Positions 20,387 to 27,697 of a DNA stretch of 47,905 nucleotides are shown in pieces. How positions within the stretch are numbered: the stretch's first letter is position 1; each line of letters begins with the position of its first letter. The stretch lies in the NCBI GenBank assembly GCA_018263655.1, contig JAANWY010000149.1, forward strand, positions 1 to 47,905, given 5' to 3'. The notes below the pieces were generated by a model. The model was given only the letters and a program-made list of their open reading frames with translations, did not search any database and was not told the DNA's origin. The position numbers and the translations under genes were made by a program. The DNA is from Anaerolineales bacterium. GTDB taxonomy: Bacteria; Chloroflexota; Anaerolineae; Epilineales; JAANWY01.

Positions 20387-20435
20387 AGTCAGTGAACAGT
20401 GAACAGTCAACAGTGAACAGTCAACGACAAACAGT
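20387..20435. repeat. STRR-like heptamer tandem array ((G/C)AACAGT x ~7) directly upstream of trpD
   Basis: gtcagt gaacagt gaacagt caacagt gaacagt caacgac aaacagt. Confidence 0.8.
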
Positions 20436-20485
20436 GGTCGGCCTGAACAGTGCTTACCGTTCACTCAATGTCATCAAGTTGAGTC

Positions 20486-20620
20486 AGGTGACCGGCACGT
20501 AGTCAGTTTTGACTATCAGGATCGGTAATAGAGCGGGCAGGATTACCATGTTTGATAGTCAAAACTGATTACGGAAATCTGGCCGCGAATTGAGTCTGAA
20601 TTCACAAGTGCCGGTCACCT
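20486..20620. repeat. Nested palindromic element (aggtgaccggcac ... gtgccggtcacct)
   Basis: Outer 13-bp arms plus an inner hairpin gtcagttttgactatca / tgatagtcaaaactgat. Confidence 0.75.
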
Positions 20621-20628
20621 CAAACCTC

Positions 20629-20790
20629 TAGACTCGGTAAATCGCAGAGCCCGTTCGTAGTGAGCGCGGATGCGCACATCCGTCCGGAGCGCAGTGGAGT
20701 GCCGTCGTGGCGCCGCAGGACGCAGGGACGCCACTCCTGGCTTCGCCTCCGTGGCTGACTACGAACCTAGTTTGAGATTTACCGAGACTT
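20629..20790. repeat. Family-B element, copy B2
   Basis: Near-identical to 6913-7076. Confidence 0.85.
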
Positions 20791-20812
20791 AATGACATTG
20801 ACTGAACACTGA

Positions 20813-21385
20813 TCACTGTACACCGGTCGCTTCCAAAAAGTTTCTCAACAGTCGCCGGCCGCCCTCGGTCAGAATGGATTCTGGATGGAACTGGACGCCG
20901 AACATTGGGTAGTCGCGGTGGCGTAGTCCCATCACTTCCCCTTCGTCGGTGAAGGCGCTGACCATCAGTTCAGCCGGCAGCGGTTCTTCGACGATTAGGG
21001 AATGGTACCGCGTGGCCGTGAAGGGGTTCTTGAGGCCGGCGAACAACCCGGTGCCGTCGTGATAGATCGACGACGTCTTGCCATGCATGAGTCGGGGCGC
21101 ACGGCTTACCACACCGCCAAAAACGTGTCCCATACACTGGTGACCTAGACAGACGCCCAGAATCGGCACATCTTGGTGGAAGTGCTCGACAACGGCGTTG
21201 GAGATGCCACCGTCAGCCGGCGTGCCAGGGCCAGGCGAGATGAGGATATGGGTTGGCTCCAGGGCCTCGATTTCTTCCAGCGTGGTCTGGTCATTGCGTC
21301 GCACCACCACATCGGCACCCAATTCGCCGAGGTACTGGACCAGGTTGTATGTGAACGAGTCGTAGTTGTCGATTACGAGGATCAT
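20813..21385 (-). CDS. trpG: Anthranilate synthase component II (glutamine amidotransferase)
   Basis: [38 protein letters not shown] at 21385 preceded by AAGGAG. The longer track ORF runs over repeat DNA. Confidence 0.95.
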   Translation of the reverse strand: MILVIDNYDSFTYNLVQYLGELGADVVVRRNDQTTLEEIEALEPTHILISPGPGTPADGGISNAVVEHFHQDVPILGVCLGHQCMGHVFGGVVSRAPRLMHGKTSSIYHDGTGLFAGLKNPFTATRYHSLIVEEPLPAELMVSAFTDEGEVMGLRHRDYPMFGVQFHPESILTEGGRRLLRNFLEATGVQ

Positions 21386-21498
21386 CGGATGCTCCTTCAC
21401 AGAGAGAGCTGTTGGTGCTGAGAGAGTATACGTCACGCCTATTGACGTAAGACGTAAAACGTGAAACGTAACGGGCTTCAGCAGACAGCTCTGACGTT

Positions 21499-22503
21499 TC
21501 ACGAGTCAGGTATGATGAACCCGACATGCTCTTTGACACGCTTCAGCGTCGGTGTCGATCGCCGGCGTGCTTCTTCAGCGCCAGCTTCCAGTAATTTGTC
21601 GATGGTGGCCGGGTCTTCGGCCAGCTTGTTGTAGCGTTGCTGGATGGGGCGCAGCCCCTCGATGGCGGCCTCGGCTACTTCCGTTTTCAGATCGCCGTAG
21701 CCTTTGCCGGCGAAGTGGTCTTCGATTTCCTGGCTGCTCTGGCCGGTGAACACCTGGTAGATTGTCAGCAGGTTGTTGACGCCGGCCTTCTCTGGATCAG
21801 CGCTAAACACGATGTCGCGGCCCGAATCTGTGACCGCCCGCCGCACGGTGGCCCGAATGTCGTCTGGATCATCTAGCAATCCGATGCCGTGGTAGCGGGT
21901 GTCGGTGCTCTTGCTCATTTTGGACGTCGGATTGTCCAGGCCCATGATCCGCGCGCCGGCCTTGGCGATGAGTGCCTCGGGCAGCACGAACGTCTCGCTG
22001 TGCAGGTGGTTGAAGCGGCGGGCGATGTCGCGCGTCAGCTCCACATGCTGGCGTTGGTCTTCGCCGACTGGAACAAGGTCGGCGTCGTACAGCAGGATGT
22101 CGGCAGCCTGCAATACAGGGTAGTCTAGCAATCCTGTGCTGACGCTTTTCTGCTTCGCCGCTTTCTGCTTGTACTGCGTCATACGTTCCAGCCAGTTGAC
22201 GGGCGTTACACAGTTAAGGATCCAGGCTAGCTCAGCGTGGGCCGTGACGTGGGATTGGATGAAGAGCACGCTGCGGTCTGGGTCGATGCCGCATGCCAGC
22301 AACAGGCCGGCCAGTTTCCGCGTCTGGGTGCGCAGCTCCTCGGCGTCTTGTGGCACCGTGATCGCATGCAGATCTACGATGCAGAAGATGCTGTCGTAGG
22401 CGTCTTGGTTATCGACCCAGCGCTGTATTGCGCCGAGATAATTGCCGATGTGCAAGTTGCCCGATGGCTGGATGCCGGAGAATACGATTTTCTTATCGTT
22501 CAT
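21499..22503 (-). CDS. trpS: Tryptophan--tRNA ligase
   Basis: [17 protein letters not shown] (HIGH-type), [27 protein letters not shown]. Confidence 0.95.
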   Translation of the reverse strand: MNDKKIVFSGIQPSGNLHIGNYLGAIQRWVDNQDAYDSIFCIVDLHAITVPQDAEELRTQTRKLAGLLLACGIDPDRSVLFIQSHVTAHAELAWILNCVTPVNWLERMTQYKQKAAKQKSVSTGLLDYPVLQAADILLYDADLVPVGEDQRQHVELTRDIARRFNHLHSETFVLPEALIAKAGARIMGLDNPTSKMSKSTDTRYHGIGLLDDPDDIRATVRRAVTDSGRDIVFSADPEKAGVNNLLTIYQVFTGQSSQEIEDHFAGKGYGDLKTEVAEAAIEGLRPIQQRYNKLAEDPATIDKLLEAGAEEARRRSTPTLKRVKEHVGFIIPDS

Positions 22504-22540
22504 ATGTTGGTCACCTCTCTCATGTGTGTATGGTAACTAC

Positions 22541-22674
22541 TTTGACAATGTCACATTAACATAACAGTGACTCTTTGATCGCCGAAGGTCTCCTGACCGA
22601 GGCGAAATGGGCTCGGTCAGGAGACCTTCGGCCAACGTGGGGCGGCTATGTGACATTGTCAAGATAGTCACTGT
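22541..22674. repeat. Family-D element with a perfect 21-bp hairpin, between trpE and trpS
   Basis: gccgaaggtctcctgaccgag (22581-22601) / ctcggtcaggagaccttcggc (22612-22632), flanked by TGACAATGTCA-type small palindromes. Confidence 0.8.
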
Positions 22675-22683
22675 GTGTGTCTG

Positions 22684-24171
22684 TTATTCGAGTCCTCGTT
22701 CTGCGATTGTGATCGCTTCTGCCAGTGCAGCCGCTTTATTTACTGTTTCCTGATACTCGCGAGCTGGATCGCTGTCAGCGACGATGCCGGCGCCGGCCTG
22801 GATGTACGCCGTGTCGTCCTGCTTTAGGATGGTGCGGATCGTGATGCAGGTGTCCATGCTGCCGCCGTAGCCGAAGTAGCCGATAGCGCCGGCGTAGGGG
22901 CCACGACGCAGACCTTCTAGCTCTTCGATGATCTCCATGGCACGCACTTTGGGCGCCCCGGAGACAGTGCCGGCCGGGAATGTGACCCGCAGCAGATCAA
23001 AGGCACTGTGGTTCCCGTTGAGCCGGCCGCGCACGCTCGAGACGATGTGCATCACGTGTGAGTAGCGCTCGATCGTCATCAGTTCCGGAACCTCGACCGT
23101 GCCGTAGCCACACACTCGGCCCAGGTCATTGCGGCCCAGATCGACGAGCATGACGTGCTCAGCGCGTTCTTTCGGATCGGCGAGCAGCTCTTCAGCCAGG
23201 GCGGTGTCTTCTTCAGGCGTTGCGCCGCGCCGGCGGGTGCCGGCGATGGGGCGCACTTCGGCTATCCCGTGGTCGAGCCGTACCAGCATCTCTGGCGAGG
23301 AGGCGATGATGTCCAGGCCGCCGAGTTCCACGTATACCATGTAGGGCGAAGGATTCAGCATCCGCAGGGCGCGGTAGATGCTGAAGGAGTCGATTTCGGT
23401 CTGGCGGGCGAAGCGCTGCGACAGTACGACCTGGAAGATGTCGCCGGCAGCGATGTAGTCTTTGGCTTGACGTACGGCAGCTCCAAATACCTCTGGCGAC
23501 ATATTCGACTCGAGGTCGCGGGAGCGTGCTGCGTGCTGTGGGCTGCGTGGTGCGTGATGCGTAAGGGGTTGGCGCAATCGCTGAGTGATGTGGTCTATGC
23601 GATCGATGGCGTCGTCGTAGGCCGCGCGCGGGTCGCCCTCGGTGTGGGTCAGGGCGATGATGAGCAGCTTATGTTTGACGTGGTCGAAGACGACGAGCGT
23701 GTCGGTGAAGAGAAAGTCGCACAGGGGTAGACCGAGCCCCTGCTCCGCCGTGGCCGGCAGGCGCTCGAAGAAGCGGACGAGATCGTAGCTCATGTAACCC
23801 ACAGCGCCACCGACGAAGCGCGGCAAACCTGGCGTCTCGACTAGTTGATATTCATTCAATAGCGCCTCGACCACCGTCAGTGGGTCCTCGTCATCTGCCA
23901 ATGGCTGCGTTTTCGCAGAGCCGTTGTCGCGGATGACGACCCGATCACGATACCCCGTAAGCCGGCGCTGCGGAGCGGCAGCCAGGAACGAGTAACGTCC
24001 GACCTGCTCCCCGCGCTCGACGCTTTCCAGCAGAATGGCCGGCCCGTTGCCGCGCAGCTTCAGGAACACCGATACTGGCGTCTCCATGTCTGCCGGCAAT
24101 TCCTGGTAGATGGGAATCAGATTGCCTTGCTCAGTAAGCCCTTCAAATTCCTCGAAAGTTGGTTTGATCAT
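22684..24171 (-). CDS. trpE: Anthranilate synthase component I
   Basis: LLESVE, GDIFQVVLSQRF, NPSPYM, GTLSGAPK-like (GTVSGAPKVRAMEIIEELE), GAIGYF. ATG at 24171 with GAGGAGG upstream. Confidence 0.95.
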   Translation of the reverse strand: MIKPTFEEFEGLTEQGNLIPIYQELPADMETPVSVFLKLRGNGPAILLESVERGEQVGRYSFLAAAPQRRLTGYRDRVVIRDNGSAKTQPLADDEDPLTVVEALLNEYQLVETPGLPRFVGGAVGYMSYDLVRFFERLPATAEQGLGLPLCDFLFTDTLVVFDHVKHKLLIIALTHTEGDPRAAYDDAIDRIDHITQRLRQPLTHHAPRSPQHAARSRDLESNMSPEVFGAAVRQAKDYIAAGDIFQVVLSQRFARQTEIDSFSIYRALRMLNPSPYMVYVELGGLDIIASSPEMLVRLDHGIAEVRPIAGTRRRGATPEEDTALAEELLADPKERAEHVMLVDLGRNDLGRVCGYGTVEVPELMTIERYSHVMHIVSSVRGRLNGNHSAFDLLRVTFPAGTVSGAPKVRAMEIIEELEGLRRGPYAGAIGYFGYGGSMDTCITIRTILKQDDTAYIQAGAGIVADSDPAREYQETVNKAAALAEAITIAERGLE

Positions 24172-24227
24172 GTCTCGCCTCCTCGGCCGTTCAACGTCGA
24201 GCCGAATACGGTTATCCTGTCGTGAAC

Positions 24228-24288
24228 AAAAAACTCCCGCCCCTAGCAGGGACGGGAGGTGATGGCTTCCCGTGGTACCACCCTCGTT
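24228..24288 (-). promoter_or_regulatory. T-box sequence, antiterminator and intrinsic terminator immediately upstream of trpE
   Basis: Minus strand reads AACGAGGGUGGUACCACGGGAAGCCAUCACCUCCCGUCCCUGCUAGGGGCGGGAGUUUUUU. It contains the GGGUGGUACC T-box core, the antiterminator AGGG[UGGUACC]ACGGGA..UCCCGU-CCCU, and a competing 10-bp terminator stem plus U6. Confidence 0.85.
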
Positions 24289-24462
24289 AGACTGGCTCAC
24301 GTCTGGCTCACGTCTGGCTTACGTCTCGTAGTAACGGTGCTAAGGATTGAGAATTAGATAACTTCCCCAATTGAAGCCGAAATCTCAGGCAATTCAACGG
24401 CAAAATGGGCTTAATCCTTAGCCTTAATCGTTGTGACTGCGGTGAACGACTAAGATTATTAC

Positions 24463-24595
24463 GTAACCGTTCAGGTGGTGGGGACCCTTGCGAAGGTTTG
24501 CCAATCGCATTCAGGTTGAGGTGCCCCTCGCCAGTCGAAAATCGGTCTCTTGCCAAGGTGACTCTTAACCTTCGCAAGGGTGGCTGAACGCTTAC
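24463..24595 (+). mobile_element. Family-A element, copy A2, flanked by an 8-bp direct duplication (MITE-like)
   Basis: ATTATTAC at 24455-24462 and 24596-24603 flanks GTAACCGTTCAGG...GCTGAACGCTTAC. Lies inside the trp leader. Confidence 0.8.
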
Positions 24596-24625
24596 ATTAT
24601 TACTACGGCTCAGAGAGAACCAAAA

Positions 24626-24649
24626 AATCCCACGGTGAAACGCGGGATT
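24626..24649 (-). terminator. Terminator-like hairpin with a U-tract inside the trp leader region
   Basis: Minus strand AAUCCCGCG-UUUCAC-CGUGGGAUU followed by UUUUGG. Confidence 0.55.
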
Positions 24650-24777
24650 GGACGCTGTCAGCGCGTGATAAGGCCAGCCTCACTCGTTGCAGATACAGGA
24701 ACGGGAATCCATCACTGGATCAGTTAGTTCCGATATCCTCAGCCTTGATAACGGTGGCGACGCCGGCCCAGCATACT

Positions 24778-24841
24778 TAGTCGATTAGTCGGATAGTCAC
24801 TTAGTCGGGTAGTCATTTCGTCGAATGGTCGGATAGTTACA
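24778..24841. repeat. 8-mer tandem array (TAGTCNNN x8), opposed by an inverted GACTNNNN x4 array at 24947-24978
   Basis: tagtcgat tagtcgga tagtcact tagtcggg tagtcatt tcgtcgaa tggtcgga tagttaca. Confidence 0.75.
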
Positions 24842-24988
24842 CGTATATGGAGAGAACCCCACCACCGGACTAAGAGTCTATCCAAAAATCTGGTCTCGAT
24901 ACGGGCTATGCCCACTCGACCGACAGCTTTTGGACAGAGACAAAGAGACTACTTGACCAACTGACTATGGGACTAATCAACCGTTCAG

Positions 24989-25092
24989 CCGGCAACTCCC
25001 AGGCCCATTCACCCTCACCGTACGTATCGGCCTCGCACCTGCCGCCGACTCTCTGAGACGTCGTTGCGAGAGTTACTCTTCCTGTTCATAGT
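24989..25092 (-). promoter_or_regulatory. T-box Stem I with a tryptophan (UGG) specifier
   Basis: Minus strand AUGAACAGGAAGAGUAAC...CAGAGAGUCGGCGGCAGGUGCGAGG...GGUGAGGGUGAAUGGGCC. It shows the AGUA, CAGAGAG and GGUGCGA motifs and the specifier loop GAA-UGG-G (UGG = 25007-25005). Confidence 0.75.
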
Positions 25093-25118
25093 TGTTGCTG
25101 ATTTGAATTGTAATGGCT

Positions 25119-25147
25119 AGTATAGCACGAGATTGCAGACCTGTCAA
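25119..25147 (-). promoter_or_regulatory. Near-consensus sigma-70 promoter driving the T-box leader
   Basis: TTGACA (25147-25142), 17-nt spacer, TATACT (25124-25119). Confidence 0.65.
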
Positions 25148-25239
25148 ATGTGAGAGCGGAGCGTTAAGGGCTTGGGACGTCGCTCAGGATGCTCCCTGGG
25201 TTACCCCCTGAACGCTTACTGGGGGGACATGTAGGCCGG

Positions 25240-27207
25240 CTACTGATCCTCGGAGATCAAGAGCTTCTGTCCGGCCAGCAGAAAATCGGCCGATTCTAGC
25301 TGATTGATCTGGACCAACATCGCGACGTCCAGGCCGTGACGGTGCGCAATATCCGAAAGCGTATCCCCGGGGTGTATCTCGTACAAGTACGGTGGCATAT
25401 TGATCAACAGGGAGGTACCTGGATCAAGGGCTGTCGGGCGCGCGATATTGTTCAGCTTGGCGAGCCGGCCCACCGTCGTGCCAAAACGAGCCGCTATCGC
25501 GCCGAGCGTATCCCCCTCTTGGACGATGTAGACGTGTGGAGTGGTATCCGCCTGGTTGACTTGCCGGCCGTCGTTCGCTTGATCGATCTGCCCGCCGGCC
25601 TCCGGGTCGACGTCCATCTCATCGACTGGCCTGTCTGTCTTTGGCGTGTCAGAGGGCGTAACTCTGCTACCAATATCATCCCCTCGGGCAGCCAACTGGC
25701 GCTCGAACCTCAACTGCTCCTGAGAGAGACTCACCCAATCCTCGGTGACCGCCCGCAAATCGCCGATGTCACCGCTGATGACGGCTTTTTCGAGATCGAT
25801 CAGGAACTGCCGGCGGTGTTGGAGCACGCCCACGGCCGCCTCGAACACATCGCCGGTCTCTCCAACTTCATCGATCAAATCCAGCCCGCGCGATGTCTCG
25901 CTCAGCGCCTGATACACCTGATCGCTGATGTCCAGATCGACCGGTCTGCCCTCGGCCAGGGCCGCCATGACCTCGGCCATCACCGAGCGCAGAGCCGCGT
26001 CGTCGCGCACGATGCTGACGACGCTCAATTCCTGCTGCGTGTACGCCGGCGCGAAAACGCTGTTGCCCAGCTGCCGGTTGAAGACCAGCCGGCGCTCGCC
26101 CAGGTCGATCAACAACGGTGCGACAGTCTTCAGATCTGCGATGTCTTCGCTCAGGACGGCCGCCTCGACTGCCCGGAGTACGTCCAACTGAGTTCGCAGC
26201 AAGTCTTCGGCGGCCCGAAAAACGTCACCCGTGGCCCCCGTCTCGTACAGCAGGTCAAGCGCTCGCTCCGTGCGCCCTATGGCGCCGTAGATGGCGCTGT
26301 TGTCGTCCAGCGACAGACCCCGGTACTCGCTCAGCGCCTGCAGAATCAGATTGACGACCTCGGACATGTCGGCTTCGCGGACGATGGCGTCAATGGCGGT
26401 GGGGCCGTCACCGGCTTCAGGCGCCCGGGCAGTGACGCCCCCACCGTCTTGCGGCGCACCTGAGGCCGATCCGGCTGGCGCCGTCGGTGGATGGTCCAGC
26501 TCTGGTGTCGTGGTGGGCGCCGGTGTATCCGGTAGCGCGGAGACCTGGGCCGGCTCTGGAACGGGTATCGTAGCCAGAGCCGGAATCCCCCAGTTGCCGT
26601 CAGCGACGGTGAGCAGCATAGCGTCGTAGTCGCGCAGCCATTGCATGTGGATACGCAAGTGGGCGTATGTGGTTTCCGCCTCGCCCGTCTCCAGGGCTAT
26701 CTCGATATTTTCGCGAGCCCAGTCAGCCCCTACCGTCCAGCTTGGCACGGCCAGCTTCAGCAGTCCGAGGAGGTATGCCTCATTCTCGGTCAGTTCTGTG
26801 GAGACATCTGCGGATAGGTTGACGATCACGGAGGCACTCACGAGGTTCTCTGCTGGGCCAACTAATTGGATCACAGTTCGCCCATTTGGAGAGCGTCCAA
26901 GCAGCCTCGGCTCACCGCCGACCTCGGGAGATGTTTCAAAAGTGAAGCCGACCTCCGGCTTTTCAAACACAGACTGGATGCTGTCCCTTGCTCTCCCCAG
27001 GCCAACGATGTCTGCCTGGGCCGGCGGTAGAGCATCGGCTGGGTGAGAGGTGCGGATCGCCGATGTTGCTGAATCGGTCCCAACATCTGTCTGATTCGAG
27101 ATTGGCGGCTCCACGACGTGCGAGTCGAGCACACCCAAGATGTCGAGGAGCCCGAAGAGAACGAATGAGAGAAGCAATCCGCCCAGTAGAGCAATCACAC
27201 GTCGCAC
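25240..27207 (-). CDS. Membrane-anchored protein with two C-terminal LysM domains
   Basis: N-terminal TM. C-terminal YIVQEGDTLGAIAARFGTTVGRLAKLNNI and YEIHPGDTLSDIAHRHGLDVAMLVQINQL. Internal duplicated ~100-aa segment. Confidence 0.8.
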   Translation of the reverse strand: MRRVIALLGGLLLSFVLFGLLDILGVLDSHVVEPPISNQTDVGTDSATSAIRTSHPADALPPAQADIVGLGRARDSIQSVFEKPEVGFTFETSPEVGGEPRLLGRSPNGRTVIQLVGPAENLVSASVIVNLSADVSTELTENEAYLLGLLKLAVPSWTVGADWARENIEIALETGEAETTYAHLRIHMQWLRDYDAMLLTVADGNWGIPALATIPVPEPAQVSALPDTPAPTTTPELDHPPTAPAGSASGAPQDGGGVTARAPEAGDGPTAIDAIVREADMSEVVNLILQALSEYRGLSLDDNSAIYGAIGRTERALDLLYETGATGDVFRAAEDLLRTQLDVLRAVEAAVLSEDIADLKTVAPLLIDLGERRLVFNRQLGNSVFAPAYTQQELSVVSIVRDDAALRSVMAEVMAALAEGRPVDLDISDQVYQALSETSRGLDLIDEVGETGDVFEAAVGVLQHRRQFLIDLEKAVISGDIGDLRAVTEDWVSLSQEQLRFERQLAARGDDIGSRVTPSDTPKTDRPVDEMDVDPEAGGQIDQANDGRQVNQADTTPHVYIVQEGDTLGAIAARFGTTVGRLAKLNNIARPTALDPGTSLLINMPPYLYEIHPGDTLSDIAHRHGLDVAMLVQINQLESADFLLAGQKLLISEDQ

Positions 27208-27263
27208 TGTTCTAACTCATCCTCCTTTTATTGGAGCTATTGCCTTCGCAATTGAAAAATACG

Positions 27264-27297
27264 GAAAAAGGGGGTGGGGGCGTCAGCCCCCTTTTTC
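27264..27297. terminator. A5/T5-flanked palindrome related to 12423-12476
   Basis: gaaaaaggggg / ccccctttttc arms with a 12-nt loop. Shares flanking sequence (aaat.cgg ... ggtct.tcttg) with the 12.4-kb copy. Confidence 0.5.
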
Positions 27298-27697
27298 GGT
27301 CTATCTTGACGCGAGTGCGCCGGCACTGCGTAGTCGCTCAATATGTAAGACTCCGACCGCTGGGTCTCGTTATGCGGGCAGCTATTCTGTATCAGTCGAT
27401 GCAACATTAGCGTAAATACGGTACATGGGGTAGCATTCCCATAGTCTGTGAACGGGTATGGCAAGACACGGAATTTGCTCGATGAATGTGGCGAAAGGCT
27501 ATGGCGAGATTCCCAGTTAGGGACGTGGAAGAAATAAAATGTCCCATTTCGCTCGGCCTGGATTTGACAATCCAGCGGGAGCAGGTTGGGATAATTATTT
27601 CTTTCCGATCTCGGCATGGGACCTTACCTGGTGTTCCATGACGCGAGCGAGACCGCGACTCGTTCGAGTTGTCGGATGGAAATAATGGAGGAGGAAA

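Noticed and set aside
24345-24445. A second T-box Stem I immediately upstream of the antiterminator (hairpins CUUAGUCGUU..AACGAUUAAG and GCUAAGGAUU..AAUCCUUAGC)
   Set aside because: There are no AGUA, CAGAGAG or GNUGNGA motifs and no GAA-codon-purine specifier loop. A UGG is present (CAAUUGGGG), but it falls in a paired segment. These hairpins are treated as possible Stem II/III equivalents or repeat DNA rather than a Stem I.
24977-25222. Idea that the T-box Stem I and its promoter lie inside a TIR-bounded mobile element (AACCGTTCAGCC at 24979-24990 and CCCTGAACGCTTAC at 25209-25222)
   Set aside because: The left motif is imperfect (tcAACCG instead of GTAACCG). The interior shares nothing with other family members except the right ~45 nt, which looks like a solo end. 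A 10-nt chance match is not negligible in 48 kb. Recorded as a caveat only.
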